A stretch of DNA of 64,000 nt from Octopus sinensis (taxonomy: Eukaryota), in NCBI RefSeq assembly GCF_006345805.1, contig NC_042999.1, positions 163,556,001 to 163,620,000 of the forward strand. Reading direction: 5' to 3'. Shown here in pieces: positions 24,251-36,655 of the stretch. The notes beneath the pieces are model-generated. The model was given only the letters and a program-made list of their open reading frames with translations, did not search any database and was not told the DNA's origin. Each line of letters opens with the position of its first letter. Positions within the stretch are counted from its first letter, which is position 1. The position numbers and the translations under genes were made by a program.

Positions 24251-24638
24251 GATGGAAGCACTCCGTCGGTTACGATGATGAGGGTTCCGGTTGATCCGAA
24301 TCAACAGAACAGCCTGCCCGTGAGATTAACGTGTAAGTGGCTGAGCACTCCACAGACACGTGCACCCTTAACGTAGTTCTCGGGGATATTCAGCGTGACA
24401 CAGAGAGTGACAAGGCCGGCCCTTTGAAATACAGGTACAACAGAAACAGGAAGTAAGAGTGAGAGAAAGTTGTGGTGAAAGAGTACAGCAGGGATCACCA
24501 CTATCCCCTGCCGGAGCCTCGTGGAGCTTTTAGGTGTTTTCGCTCAATAAACATTCACAACGCCCGGTCTGGGAATCGAAACCGTGATCCTATGACCGCG
24601 AGTCCGCTGCCCTAACCACTGGGCCATTGCGCCTCCTG
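24251..24638 (-). mobile_element. tRNA-Arg-like SINE family B (probably octopus OR-type)
   Basis: Head GGCGCAATGGCCCAGTGGTTAGGGCAGCGGACTCGCGGTC...GGTTTCGATTCC; 9-bp TSD aaaagatag (24242-24250 / 24639-24647). Confidence 0.88.
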
Positions 24639-24929
24639 AAAAGATAGACAAAACAAATGAGTGAGTAGTCAAGAGAGAGAAAGGCAGAGGAAAGCAAATG
24701 TTTTTACTGCTTGTTTTCTTGTTATGTTAAACCAGCAGACACACTGTCCACATATTTTCTCCTGAAGCACTGATGTTTTTACTGCCCTGTGTAACAGAGA
24801 TCAAAGGTTTGCCTATTCAAATGACTTAAACCTTTCCTCTTGGTTGGGCAGATTCAGATTTAGTCAATTTGCAAGTTTGCTTTATTGCTGATTCTGGTTA
24901 ATTCCATATGATTATTTGGTTCTGAAGAG

Positions 24930-25345
24930 TATACTCTTTTACTCTTTTTACTTGTTTCAGTCATTAAACTGCAGTCATGCTGGGACACTTCCTTGAAGAA
25001 TTTTTAATTGAATGAATTGACCCCCAGTATTTTTTTTTTTTTAAAGTCTGGCACTTATTTTCTCAATCTCTCATGCTGAACCACTAACTAAAGGGAACAT
25101 AAACAAACCAAGACCAGTTGTCAAGTGGTGGGCGAAGACAGACAAACATGCACACACAACTATACACACACACATACATGTATATATAATGGGCTTCTTT
25201 CAGTTTCTGCCTGCCAATTCCACTCACAAGGCTTTGGTTGGCCCAAGGCTGTAGTTGAAGACACTTGCTTAAGGTGCTCCACACTGATACTGAACCTAGA
25301 ACCATGCAATTGGGAAGCAAACTTCTTACCACACAGCCATGCCTG
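24930..25345 (-). mobile_element. SINE family A
   Basis: Reverse-complement tail (ACTCTTTTACTTGTTTCAGTCAT) through head (CCACACAGCCATGCCTGC). Confidence 0.8.
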
Positions 25346-26894
25346 CTTTTTAAAATAAAATGATTTAACCCATGGAGAGTATTCTGGGTCCTTTCTTAAG
25401 AACCGAATTCAGTCATGTAACCCTAAAATTTTCTCAATTAGTTCACATTTGAAACAAAGAAGCAGCTTACTTTTTTGTGATTAAAAAGTAAAATTTTCAT
25501 CTATTTATCCATGCTAATGCTTTAAAATGATTTTAAAATAGTTGTGTTTAAGTAAACAAGCACCTAAATGTTTTGTTAGAATAAAACTTCGACTCAATTT
25601 AAAAAGTAACCTTTTTTATGCCCAGGATGGCACAAGAGTCAACTAGCTCAGTTTCCTCTCTACTTTCCCAACCTTTGCAACAAAAAGTATATTATCATTC
25701 TCAGAAAAGAGAAGCCAAAGCTTGAAATGAAAATCGAAACCAAAGTGGGCAGAAAGGAATGTCATCATTATTTTTATTCCAAGTATTGTGAATAGTATGA
25801 GTGAATGATGTCTCATTCTTAGCAAATTTTTCTTTTTCCCATGTCTGTCATTTTGTCAGCATTTTGTCACATGGACAGCTACTGGCTACTGTGATTTGTA
25901 CAATTTGATTACAGCTTTAACAAAATACAAGCATCTCAGAACCTGAACCCTGTAATTACTCTGAAAACTTTGGTCAAATGAATTGATACAGCAATTAATC
26001 ACTGGCAAGCAGGTTTGATTCACCTCCATAATAGATCAGTTGAGAAAACTCATGATGTATTGAAAAGGTTAATTCATTGTATCAAAATTTTGGCCTGTCA
26101 AGAATTACTATTTGAAGGACACAATGAAACAGAAGAATCAAACTATAAGGGTAATTTTGTGGCTATACATGAAGCAGTAGCAGAATATAATGGTTGTTTA
26201 AGATAGTGTTTAGATCTTGTGAAGAAAACTGCCAACTGCACATTTTCTGGACTTTCAAGTGATAATCAAAACAAGATCATTTCATTATATAGCTGCTACA
26301 AGTGAAAGTGAAACTAAGCCAATGATAAAAAAAATAGCATTTGTTGCTGTTATGTCAGATGAGACTATAGAACTTCAAATGAAATCACAATCATCACATG
26401 TTTTGCAATTTGTTGATGCGAAGGAAAAGCCTCAAGAAAGGTTTTTGGGATACATCAATGTCAGCAGAGATAGAAAAGCTGCATTGCTGACAGAAGTTCG
26501 AAAATTTGTTAATTAATTCAACTGTGGCCAAAAATTCATCACACAAACTTAGGATGAAACAAATCTGATGGTTGGGTATTTGGACAGAGTGCAAACAAGA
26601 ATAAAGGAGACTTTTGGCGCAAAATCATATTTGTACATTGTTTATGCACATTCACTTAATTTGGTACTTTCTCAGTCAGCTTCAAGTATTCATGAATGTC
26701 GAGTTTTCTTCCAAATTTTACAAGAAATTTTGACTTTTTTCTCTAAGTTAATGGCTTGAATAGCCCTACTGGATGAAATTATTAGGTGATTTCCAAAGTT
26801 ACCTGAGACATGTTGGAATTATTCATCTCAACAAGTATCCATTTTGTCTAAACAAAATTACTGTTGTTTTCTGAGCTGTTTTCAACTATATTAG

Positions 26895-27306
26895 AATCAG
26901 AATCGAAATCGATCAATGGAAATTGCAGCTGAGTTACCAGTGCTGGTGGCACGTAAGAGAACCATCCGAACGTGGCCGTTTCCAGCGCCGCCCTGACTGG
27001 CCTTGTGCCGGTGGCACGTAAAAAGCACCATCCGTTTGTGGCCGTTGCCAGCGCCGCCCCGACTGGCCTCGTGCCTGTGGCACGTAAAAAGCACCATCTG
27101 TTCGTGGCTGTTTGCCAGACTCGTCTGACACCTGTGCCGGTGGCACGTAAAAAGCACCCACTACACTCATGGAGTGGTTGGCATTAGGAAGGGCATCCAG
27201 CCGTAGAAACATTACCAGATCAAACTGGGCCTGGTGCAGCCTTCTGGCTTCCCAGACCCCAGTTGAACCGTCCAACCCATGCTAGCTTGGAAAGTGGACG
27301 CTAAAC

Positions 27307-27339
<33 letters not shown>
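26895..27339 (+). mobile_element. RTE subfamily B 3' UTR fragment inserted in the hAT remnant
   Basis: Four ~60-bp units plus terminal hairpin and long (GAT)n tail; ATTAGAA-like sequence at both ends. Confidence 0.88.
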
Positions 27340-27340
<1 letters not shown>

Positions 27341-27590
27341 AGAAAATCCAGAGGATTGGAGTGCTTCAGAATTAGAACTGAATTGAGTGGCTCAGATTCT
27401 GTTTTCGATTCTTCAAAAAAGTCTACTTGACATTTCGAGATGTATTCATGAAGTTGAGAACTTCAAAAAACAGTTGGTTGGTACTGTTGCAGTAGGTGTA
27501 ATTGTATTAATTGTGGTGTGAGATTAGGCTGGCTACATATATTACAAACAGAAGCAAAGCTCTTGAATATTTAACTTCAGATTTATTTAA

Positions 27591-27811
27591 CCCTTTAGCA
27601 TTTAAACCGGCCATATCCGGCCAAAAGTATTCTGCCTGTTTTATGTTCAAACTGGCCAGATCTGGTCTCTCACACCAACCCTACAATATCGATTAAAAAA
27701 TTAACAGCTACCTCATCAAAATCTCATAGCACCAAGATAATGCCTGATTAGTTCAAGGCAATGTGGATAAAAAAGGATTAATTTTGGCAGAATAATGCGA
27801 ACACTAAAGGG
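27591..27811. mobile_element. piggyBac-type MITE (221 bp)
   Basis: TTAA|CCCTTTAG ... CTAAAGGG|TTAA (TSD at 27587-27590 and 27812-27815). Confidence 0.85.
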
Positions 27812-28584
27812 TTAAAGGAAGGCTGAACATGAATACATACATAAATTGTCAAATCCTCACTGGTATAGAAACTAAGATGTAGGGATCAACTTAACTGTGA
27901 CTACTAAACAATTAGTTATCTTCAAGATGTGAGCAACTGCTGGATCTTGTTGAAACTTTGTCTTGATTTGCTTAGTGAGAGCTGAGTTGTGTTCTCTTTG
28001 AATGCCATGAGAATTTTGGTAGGTATCCAGCACTAAACTGCTCAACAGGAGAAAATGTGTAATTCTCAATAACTCTTTAGGTAATGTTCTAACTGATATT
28101 ATGATTTCCTGCAAACTGGTGGGTTGAAAAAACCCAAAAAGGTTGTTCATATCAAGATTGCATGCCCCAACTGTGGCTCATTACACTATCAAGAACAAAT
28201 TTGAAGAATTTTACTGCTGGGTTATGGATGGTGCTGCTGAACCATCAGAGAAGCATGGTTACCATCAAGTGCCAGAAGCTGTTTTAAGAACTTTCTTTAA
28301 CAACATTTTGCATGAAGTTATTGCTGACATTGAGCAAAGATTTAAAACACCATTGTTTAAGATCTTTGAGTTCAGATTTTTACCATGAAAATTTTGGATG
28401 GAACCATTTTCATTTTTGGATATCTATAAAAACATATTGAATGAGATTTTACAAAGCAAGTGTCAAACATCCAAGAAGTTGCTGACATAATATGGAAGCT
28501 TGAATTAAATCAAACTCCGACCTAAGTAACAAAATTTTTATGCCTGATTGTGACCATACCTGCCATATCTACTTCCCGTGAGAA

Positions 28585-28745
28585 ATTTCTTTATCATCAT
28601 CATCATCATCATTTAGATGCCCTTCCTAACACCAACCACTCCGCAAGTGTAGTGGGTGCTTTTTACGTGCCACCCGCACAGGAGCCAGACGGAGCTGGCA
28701 AACGGCCACGAACGGATGGTGCTTTTACGTGCCACCGGCACGGAA
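28585..28745 (-). mobile_element. Internally deleted RTE tail fragment
   Basis: (CAT)n followed by GATGCCCTTCCTAAC...GGTGCTTTTTACGTGCCACC. Confidence 0.75.
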
Positions 28746-28934
28746 GACATAGATTATTATATGAAGTGTTCTCAAAGTGAAGAGAGATTGAGTAATTTGG
28801 TCTTCATTTCCACGAATGAAAACCTGTAGAAGATGAAAGTAGAGTGTGGTGTGTTTACATTTCATACCAAAGTGGTCAATGAATTTACCAAGAAGAAACA
28901 AAGAATTGAACTGGTTTACAAATAAATTTTAAAT

Positions 28935-29097
28935 AGCTCAGGAGTGGCTGTGTGGTAAATAGCTTGCTAACCAACCACATGGCTCCGGGTTCAGTCCCAC
29001 TGCGTGGCATCTTGAGCAAGTGCCTTCTGCTATAGCCCCAGGCTGACCAATGCCTTGTGAGTGGATTTGGTAGACGGAAACTGAAAGAAGCCTGTCG

Positions 29098-29138
<41 letters not shown>

Positions 29139-29341
29139 TTGTGTTTGTCCCCCTAGCATTGCTTGACAACCGATGCTGGTGTGTTTACGTCCCCGTCACC
29201 TAGCGGTTCGGCAAAAGAGACCCATAAAATAAGTACTGGGCTTACAAAGAATAAGTCCCGGGGTCGATTTGCTCGACTAAAGGCGGTGCTCCAGCAAGGC
29301 TGCAGTCAAATGACTGAAACAAGTAAAAGAGTAAAGAGTAT
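28935..29341 (+). mobile_element. SINE family A, near full length
   Basis: CAGGAGTGGCTGTGTGGTAA...GGGTTCAGTCCC, internal (TA)n(TG)n, tail GTAAAAGAGT. Confidence 0.9.
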
Positions 29342-29707
29342 TAGGTTTTATTATTTTCTCAGACGTCTCTTATAACCAATAACAGTCATCATGGCAAGCT
29401 TATTGCCAGGGTATTGCTAATGGAGGAACATGAAGTCCAGTGCAGAGCGAGTATCAAGCCCAAAGTGTGGCCTTTTGGTAGACATGCATTTTCTCACATT
29501 AAAATTAGTTCATATCACATTCATAGATGGTGTTGGGTGTGAATAGCTTTTAGTGAAGGGGAGACTAAGGCTCCACAACCCCTTGGTGATTGTCCTGCAT
29601 GTTCTGTTTCCAAGTCACCATTCACCACTGAATTGTACCCCTATTTTGAGATTATTTGTGCAAGTTATCTTATTATCAACTGATCATGAGAAATGTAGAA
29701 ATTTGTA

Positions 29708-31032
29708 TCAGGTCATTAAGACTAAATTGTTTATTTTATTTTACTTTATCTCATAAAGTTTATTTTACTTTATCTCATAAAGTTTATTTTACTTTATCTC
29801 AACAAAAAGCAATGCAGTTAATCAAAGTATGCACCTAAATTATCAACTCAATTTTGCCATTTTATCGGTATCTTATTTATGCTGGCAGCAAAGAATTCTG
29901 GAGAGCAAGAGATGATGAAATCACAAAAAACTCTTTTGCATCTTCATATTTGAAGTTTTTTCCTTGCGAAAAGTTGTCTAATGCTGGGAAAAACATGATA
30001 GTCACTTGGTGCAAGATCTGGTGAATATGGTGGATGACAGAGTACTTCCAAGTTCAGTTCCTGTAACATAAGTAGTGTTCTTTGTACTACATATGGTCGA
30101 GCATTGTTTTGCAAGAGAATTGGCCTATCTCTATTGACCAATCTCGGTTGTTTAATTGCAAGTTCACTCATCATTTCATCCATTTGGTTGATGTATACAT
30201 CTACTGTAATTGACTTACCAGGTCTCTTGAAGCTCATGAAGTAGTGGATGACACCAGTACTGGACCACCCAAACAGACATCATTAGCTTTTTTTGGTGAA
30301 TATTCTTTTTTGGATTGTGTTTTGGCATTTCATCTCTATCCAACCACCATGCAGAATGCTTGCTATTGTTGAAAAGAATCCATTTTTCATCACACATAAC
30401 AATATGATGCAAAAAATGGTTTGCTTTTATGCTGTGACAGCAAAGAACAGCAAGTTTCAGGATGATGTTTCATTTGATGCCTGTTCACTTCATGTGGTAC
30501 TCACTTGTCCAGCTTCTTTACCTCGTCGATTTGTTTCAGATGGTCCAATACAGTTGAAATTGAAACATCAAACCTTACAGCTAACTCACGCATAGTTAGA
30601 GATGTATCCGCCTTTCACTACAGTTTCCAGCTCATCATTATCCACCTTGGTCTCAGGTCTACCATGGGGCTGATTTTCAAGAGTAAAGTCACCAGGCCGG
30701 AACTTCTCAAACCATTGGCATACAGTGTGCTCATTCACTAGACCTTCATCAAACATCTCATTGATGTTTCGAGCAGTTTGGGATGCATTGGTTCCACGAC
30801 TGAACTCATATTCATAAACAACATGAATTTTTGATTTATCCATGAGTTTACAAAAATTGATTTACGTGAGAAAACTTGTAATATAATCAGACACCGTGGA
30901 TTGTATTTCAAAAAATGATGTTTTAATTCTTCAATGTTGTAAAATAAAGAATTGTCACAATAAAGCATTAAAGTTAACAACTGTCAAACTTGGTGCATAA
31001 GAAAATCAAACATTTAATTCTTAATGACCTGA
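29708..31032 (-). mobile_element. Full-length decayed mariner transposon (about 1.3 kb)
   Basis: TA-flanked TIRs of about 27 bp (TCAGGTCATTAAG / CTTAATGACCTGA). Transposase fragments MDKSKIHVVYEYEF, CDEKWILF, HPPYSPDLAPSDY in shifted frames. Confidence 0.92.
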
Positions 31033-31500
31033 TAGGTTGTTCATACAATTCTGTATTTCTGAAATGAGGACTTTTTGTATTACATATTAATTGTGGAGTG
31101 GTGTCTTCATCTTGGTTGTTTGTTAAACTACATTTATTTCATATTTTTTGTTGAAAAACGTATTCAGAAATATTAACAAATTTCAAGCTTTATGAAGTGT
31201 CTTTCTCATGAGCAATTGTTAGATTATTCTGTAAATCATAGCTCTTAAAGTGTTGATATGAACTACTTATGATATTCTTACGTATTTTGATTTTCCTTTA
31301 TGCTACTTTAAAAATCATATCCTTTGTCAATATGAATTCTTCTTAGAATTTGGGAATGAATCCCAAGCTATTTTATTTCTCTGCAGTTGTACAAATTCAT
31401 TAATAGTTAAAGATATCTTTGAGTTTAATGGAAATTAAAGCAGTTTCCAGCAGTTATTTATTGAAATCATAAAACATGCTCCTTTTGATTTTATTTGTAG

Positions 31501-31691
31501 GTATCATTTCCCCAGGGTTTCCAAAATGAGTTATGTCTCTCTAAAAGTTGGTCATCGTGAATTCAGTGGTGAAGGTTTAACCCGCCAAGCTGCCCGGCAT
31601 AATGCTGCTGCTAAAGCACTTCAAGTCTTGCACAATGAACCAATTGTTAACACAAAAAAGAAAGAAGTTATTGAGGAATCAAACACTGAAG
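31501..31691 (+). CDS. stau: staufen exon: dsRBD2 C-half
   Basis: ttgtag|G TAT...GAA G|gtattt; YHFPRVSKMSYVSLKVGHREFSGEGLTRQAARHNAAAKALQVL. Not listed in this frame in the ORF track, but phases fit both neighbours. Confidence 0.94.
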
Positions 31692-32499
31692 GTATTTCTA
31701 TGTGACAATCATTACCAGATTGTAATTCTAACTTTCCTTTGTTTATCTGTATGTCTGCATAATTTCAGTAGCATTGAAGCTGATACAGTATTAACGGTAT
31801 CATCGTAACTGATGATAATAGTAACATGGTTGTGGCTTGACATTTACTACTATAAATTATAAGGTTTACATTTCAATGCTTTGAGCTTATGTTAAGTTAA
31901 GAATTTTTGAAATGATTGTGGGCTGTTTTTATTTGAAATATTTTCAGACTATAGGAACTACATAACAAATCATGATGATACTTGTGATGAAATGAGAACT
32001 TAGAGCTCCCAGACGACATGGACAAAATACATAAAGCAATGCATTTTTCTTGATCTGTTCAACTAATGTCACCATTAGATAAAAAACATTAAGATGCTTA
32101 TAAGGATAATGATAATAAATGTTTCTAACATAAACACAAGACTAAAAATGTGTCAGGTGGGGTATAGTTGATTATACTGCCCCCATTACTTCCTGGCTGG
32201 TATTTTATTTTATCAGTCCTGGAAGGATTAAAAAGAAAGTGGACTTTAAAAATGGTTTTAACTCAGAATGTGAATAGCTGAAGCTAAACACTTACAAGAC
32301 ATTTTTGCCTGGCATTGTTGAATAATTTTAACCATAGACTAATGAATTAAACTCCTAATTCTGATCTGAAACATATCTCAGCCCAACTCATTATGAGTTC
32401 TCTTTCTTTACCTGCTTTTGTGAACTTGCATTGTTATATTCCAAAGTGGCAATGGAAGTAGATTCTCTAGAAGCAGTAGAATTAATCATGTAAGCATAT

Positions 32500-32705
32500 T
32501 GGTTTTAAATTTTGGTACAAGGCCAGCAAGTTCGGCGGGTGGGGGCAGGGTAAGTCAAATACTCAGCTGGTATTTATTTTATTGACTCCACAAGGATGAA
32601 AGACAAAGTTGACCCTAGCAGAATTTGAACTCAGAGTGTACAGACAGACAAAATGCTGCTAAGCATTTTGCCTGACATGCTAACGATTCTACCAGCTCAC
32701 TGCTT
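32500..32705 (-). mobile_element. Diverged SINE family C copy
   Basis: Reverse complement of the family C head (GAATTTGAACTC...CATGCTAACGATTCTACCAGCTC). Another weaker copy is at about 32120-32320. Confidence 0.55.
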
Positions 32706-32819
32706 GATATTAATCATATAGATATATCTAAAGACAAACTGATGATAACACAAAGTAATAAATATTTAGATTCCTGTCTCGAATCTTTTATGATTTAAGT
32801 TTTTTATTTCCCTCTTTAG

Positions 32820-32896
32820 ATAAAGACCAATTAAAATCTGAAATTAGTCTAGTCCATGAAATTGCTTTAAAGCGTAATTTGACAGTCTCTTTTGAG
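32820..32896 (+). CDS. stau: staufen exon: dsRBD3 helix 1
   Basis: ctttag|AT...GAG|gtaagt; DKDQLKSEISLVHEIALKRNLTVSFE (KSEISLVHEIALKRN signature). Confidence 0.95.
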
Positions 32897-33000
32897 GTAA
32901 GTTGACTTTATCTAAAGAGTTTGTAACCATTTGATGCTGGGACTTTTGAAAATAAAATTACAATTTCTGGAAAAAAAATCTTAAATGTATCTTAAATATA

Positions 33001-33037
<37 letters not shown>

Positions 33038-33324
33038 GAAATTTCAAATGTCTGTTAAACTCTATTATGAGTTGTTATCCTCTGAGTGTTATCAAAAACT
33101 AAAGTTAAAAAATTAATGCATACTGTTATAACTTCATTAGATATATACGCCAAAAATTTCTAATTAATTGCTCAGAATGTCTGTCTGTCTGTCACTTTGT
33201 ATCTGTCTTAATGCTCTTGCTCTCCATGGCATATTGGATAACTTTTAGTATTCACACATACATGCACACACACACACATGCACACACAAAAGTTATACTT
33301 AAAAATATCTTAACCAATTTCATT

Positions 33325-35243
33325 ATCATCATCATCATCATCATCATCGTTTAACGTCCGTTTTCCATGCTAGCACGGGTTGGACGGTTCGACCAGTTTC
33401 TGGGAAGCCAGGGGCTGCTCCAGGCTCCAGTCTGATCTGGCAGAGTTTCTACGGCTGGATGCCCTTCCTAACGCCGACCACTCCGCGAGTGTAGTGGGTG
33501 CTTTTTACGTGCCACCTGCACAGGTGCCAGGGGGGGGGTCCAGCATCGGTCACGATCGGTTGGAGCTTTTATTGTGCCAGCGGCACGGGAGCCAGCCAAG
33601 GCGGCGCTGGCAACGTTTGGATGGTCTTTTTATGTGCCACCGGCACAGGAGCCAGTCGGGGCGGCGCTGGCATCGGCCACGTTCAGATGGTGCATTTTAT
33701 GTGCCACCGCCACAGGCATCACAACTACTATTTCCATTGATATTTATTTCGACATTCATGTTCATGTACTTGACTCAACAGGTCTCCTCAAGCACAGCGG
33801 GACGTTCTGGGATCCGGGGTACTTTGAATGGGCAGGGGCTATGCGGAACTGATGCAGGAAGCAGCCCAGGTCTTTGCAGTCACAGCATATCTCCAGAGAT
33901 CTCGGTCCTTCGCCATTGCCTCAGTGAGGCCCAACGCTCTGAGGTCATGCTTGACTACCTCATCCCATGTCTTCCTGGGTCTACCTCTCCCCCTGATACC
34001 TTCAACTGTTTGGGATTGGCACTTCTTCACACATCTCTCCTCATCCATCCGCAGCACATGACCATACCATCGCAAGCGTCGCTCTTGCACACCACATCTG
34101 ATGCTTCTTATATCCAGCATTTCTCTCAGGGTGCACACTGACATTACACATCCAGCGGATCATGCTAGCTTCATTTCTTTCAAGTCTACGCATGTCCTCT
34201 GCAGTCACAGCCCATGTTTCACTACTGTGAAGCATGGCAGTTCGCACGCATGCATCATACAATCTACCTTTCGCTCTGAAGGAGAGACCCTTTGTCGCCA
34301 GTAGGGGTAGGAGCTTTCTGAACTTTGCCCAGGCTATTCGTATTCTAGTGGTGATACTCTCTGTGCATCCACCTCCACTACTAACTTGGTCACCCAGGTA
34401 GCAGAAACTATCAACTACTTCTAGTTTCTCTCCCTGGAGTGTGATGGAATCTGTTTTCTGAGTGTCTGTGGTGTCTATTGTCCCTGTGCATCTGCCGCAC
34501 ATGAAAGCTATCTTATCTGTTAATTTTCCTTTAATGTTGCTGCACCTCTTGTGCGTCCATAGCTTACATTGGGTGCATCTTATGGAGTTTCTATCTACAC
34601 CTTTCCTACAGATCGAGCAGGGCCACCTGCCCGAGGGTGTGTGTGCTGAGTTCGCCTTTCTGCTTACTATAACTTTGGTCTTTGCTACATTTACTCTAAG
34701 GCCCTGTGATTCTAACCCTTGCTTCCACACCCAAAATTTCTTTTCTAGTTCCGGTAGTGATTCTGCTATGAGAGCCAGGTCATCAGCATAGAGGAGCTCC
34801 CAGGGGCATCCTGTTTTGAATTCCTCTGTTATTGCCTGGAGGACTATGATGAATAAAAGGGGACTGAGGGCTGAGCCTTGGTGCACACCTACTTCTACCC
34901 GGAATTCTTCACTATATTCGTTGCCAATCCTAACCTTGCTGACAGCCTCTCTGTATAGAGCCTGTACAGACCTTATTAGCCATTTGTCAATCTCCAGTTT
35001 CCGCATCGGCCACCAGATAAGGGAACGGGGAACCCTGTCAAAGGTTTTCTCCAAGTCCACAAAAGCTATGTAGAGGGGTTTATCTTTAGCTAGGTACTTC
35101 TCCTGCAGTTGTCGGACCAGGAATATAGCATCAGTGGTGCTTCTACCCGGCACAAAACCGAACTGCATTTCATCTAAGCAAATTCTCTCCCTAATGAGAT
35201 GGGTTATGACCCTCTCTGTGACCTTCATCACCTGATCCAACAA
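33325..35243 (-). mobile_element. RTE subfamily A, 5'-truncated
   Basis: ORF 34041-35243 is nearly identical in translation to the 9151 copy. A frameshift near 34140 is followed by the C-terminus, 3' UTR and tail. Confidence 0.95.
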
Positions 35244-35248
35244 ACTAA

Positions 35249-35639
35249 TCTATATATATATATAAAAGTGAGGTTGTGTGGTGTCTGTCTCGTACGATTT
35301 AGATTCCTAACTACTCCCACATTTTGCGTTGCAGTGTAACCAAAAGCGGGTATCTTATAGTCGTGATTCATATCGAGCCCTTCTGGGTATTAGCGCATGT
35401 CTACGATGAGTCTACGATTTAAAAAAAAATTTACCATCATTTTTTCCCATTTTTAATGCATTTTTTTTGCTATTATATAAGGGAAGTAACTCTCTAAAAA
35501 TGTATTATTAAATCTCAGAACGTAACCCCCCCCCTTTGTGGTTAGCCATATTGAGATGGCTATTATACTTTACCTCTCTAAAAATGCTTATATAGTTATT
35601 TCCCTTACAAATCCGAGCAACGCCGGGCGATACTGCTAC
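35249..35639 (+). mobile_element. Helitron-like non-autonomous element, family 1
   Basis: Starts TCTATATATA...AAAA and ends GAGCAACGCCGGGCGATACTGCTA; homologous to 53692 and 54097. Confidence 0.75.
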
Positions 35640-36267
35640 TTATTCATATTTTCATGTTACTGTAATTTATAAATACAGAAAAATTTGTGTATGACACTAA
35701 ACTAGATGCTAATCTCTCTGCTGGCTGTTGAACAACTGCTAAATTAAATCCAAATGTTATGGGGTATGAAAAGAGGCTAGATTGCTAAGCTCATTCATCA
35801 TCATCATTGTTTAATATCTGTTTTCTATGCTGACATTTGTTGGACAGTTTGACATGGAACTGGGAGCTGTCCAGACTACACTTGTCTGTTGTGGCATGGT
35901 TTCTATAACTAGATGCCTTCCTAACACCAACCACTTCAGAGAGTGTGCTGGGTGCTTTTTTTTACATGCCATCGGCATGGTTGTGTTTATGCAGCACCAG
36001 TATAAGTGCTTTTATTTGATACCCGAAAAGAGAAGCCTGTATGTGTGAAAGTGATTTTACTTAGCTTGACGTGTCTTATCAAGTACAGGTAAATCCAAAT
36101 ATCCTTCTGCAGAATTTCAAGAAATTCAGATTATTTAACAACAAAAAATACACAAGAGAAAATTATATCTTAATATAATAAAGATCTCACCTCATAAAGT
36201 CAACAGTTGTTTTTATTGCATTAACATATATAATATGTATATGTGTGTGTATGTATGTATATATATA

Positions 36268-36655
36268 TCACCATCTGAACGTGACCGATGCCAACCCCGC
36301 CTCGAATGGGTTCTGTGCCGGTAGCACATAAAAAGCAACATCCGAACGTGACCGATGCCAGCACGGCCTTGACTGGCCTCTGTGCCGGTAGCACAAAAAA
36401 AAAAAAAAAAAAAAGCACCAACTGATCGTGGCCGATGCCAGACCCCTCTGGCACCTGTGCAGGTGGCACTTAAAAAGCACCCACTACACTTGCGGAGTGG
36501 TTGGCGTTAAGAAGGGCATCCAGCTGTAGAAACACTGCCAGATCAGACTGGAGCCTGGGGCAGCCCCTGGCTCCCCAGACCCCGGTCGAACCGTCCAACC
36601 CGTGCTAGCGTGGAAAACGGACGTTAAACGATGATGATGATTATGATGATGATAT
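36268..36655 (+). mobile_element. RTE 3' UTR fragment
   Basis: Repeat units, GGCGTTAAGAAGGGCATCCAG, terminal hairpin and (GAT)n. A diverged minus-strand tail lies at about 35795-36010. Confidence 0.8.

Larger units (their letters stand above)
25930..28580 (+). mobile_element. Decayed hAT transposase (ZMYM1-like class) with nested insertions
   Basis: Fragments CIKILACQELLFEGHNE...KGNF, MSDET, ERFLGY, YAHSLNLVL, IADIEQRF, TIPAIS; many stops. Ends are approximate. Confidence 0.8.

Noticed and set aside
24560-24638. tRNA-Arg-like sequence (also 57679-57750)
   Set aside because: Head of a SINE with body and TSD; no complete acceptor stem.
29732-29800. 24-bp tandem repeat inside the mariner end
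   Set aside because: Simple local slippage duplication within a dead element.
29944-30843. SETMAR-like host gene
   Set aside because: Frameshifted transposase between intact TIRs with no SET domain; an ordinary mariner fossil.
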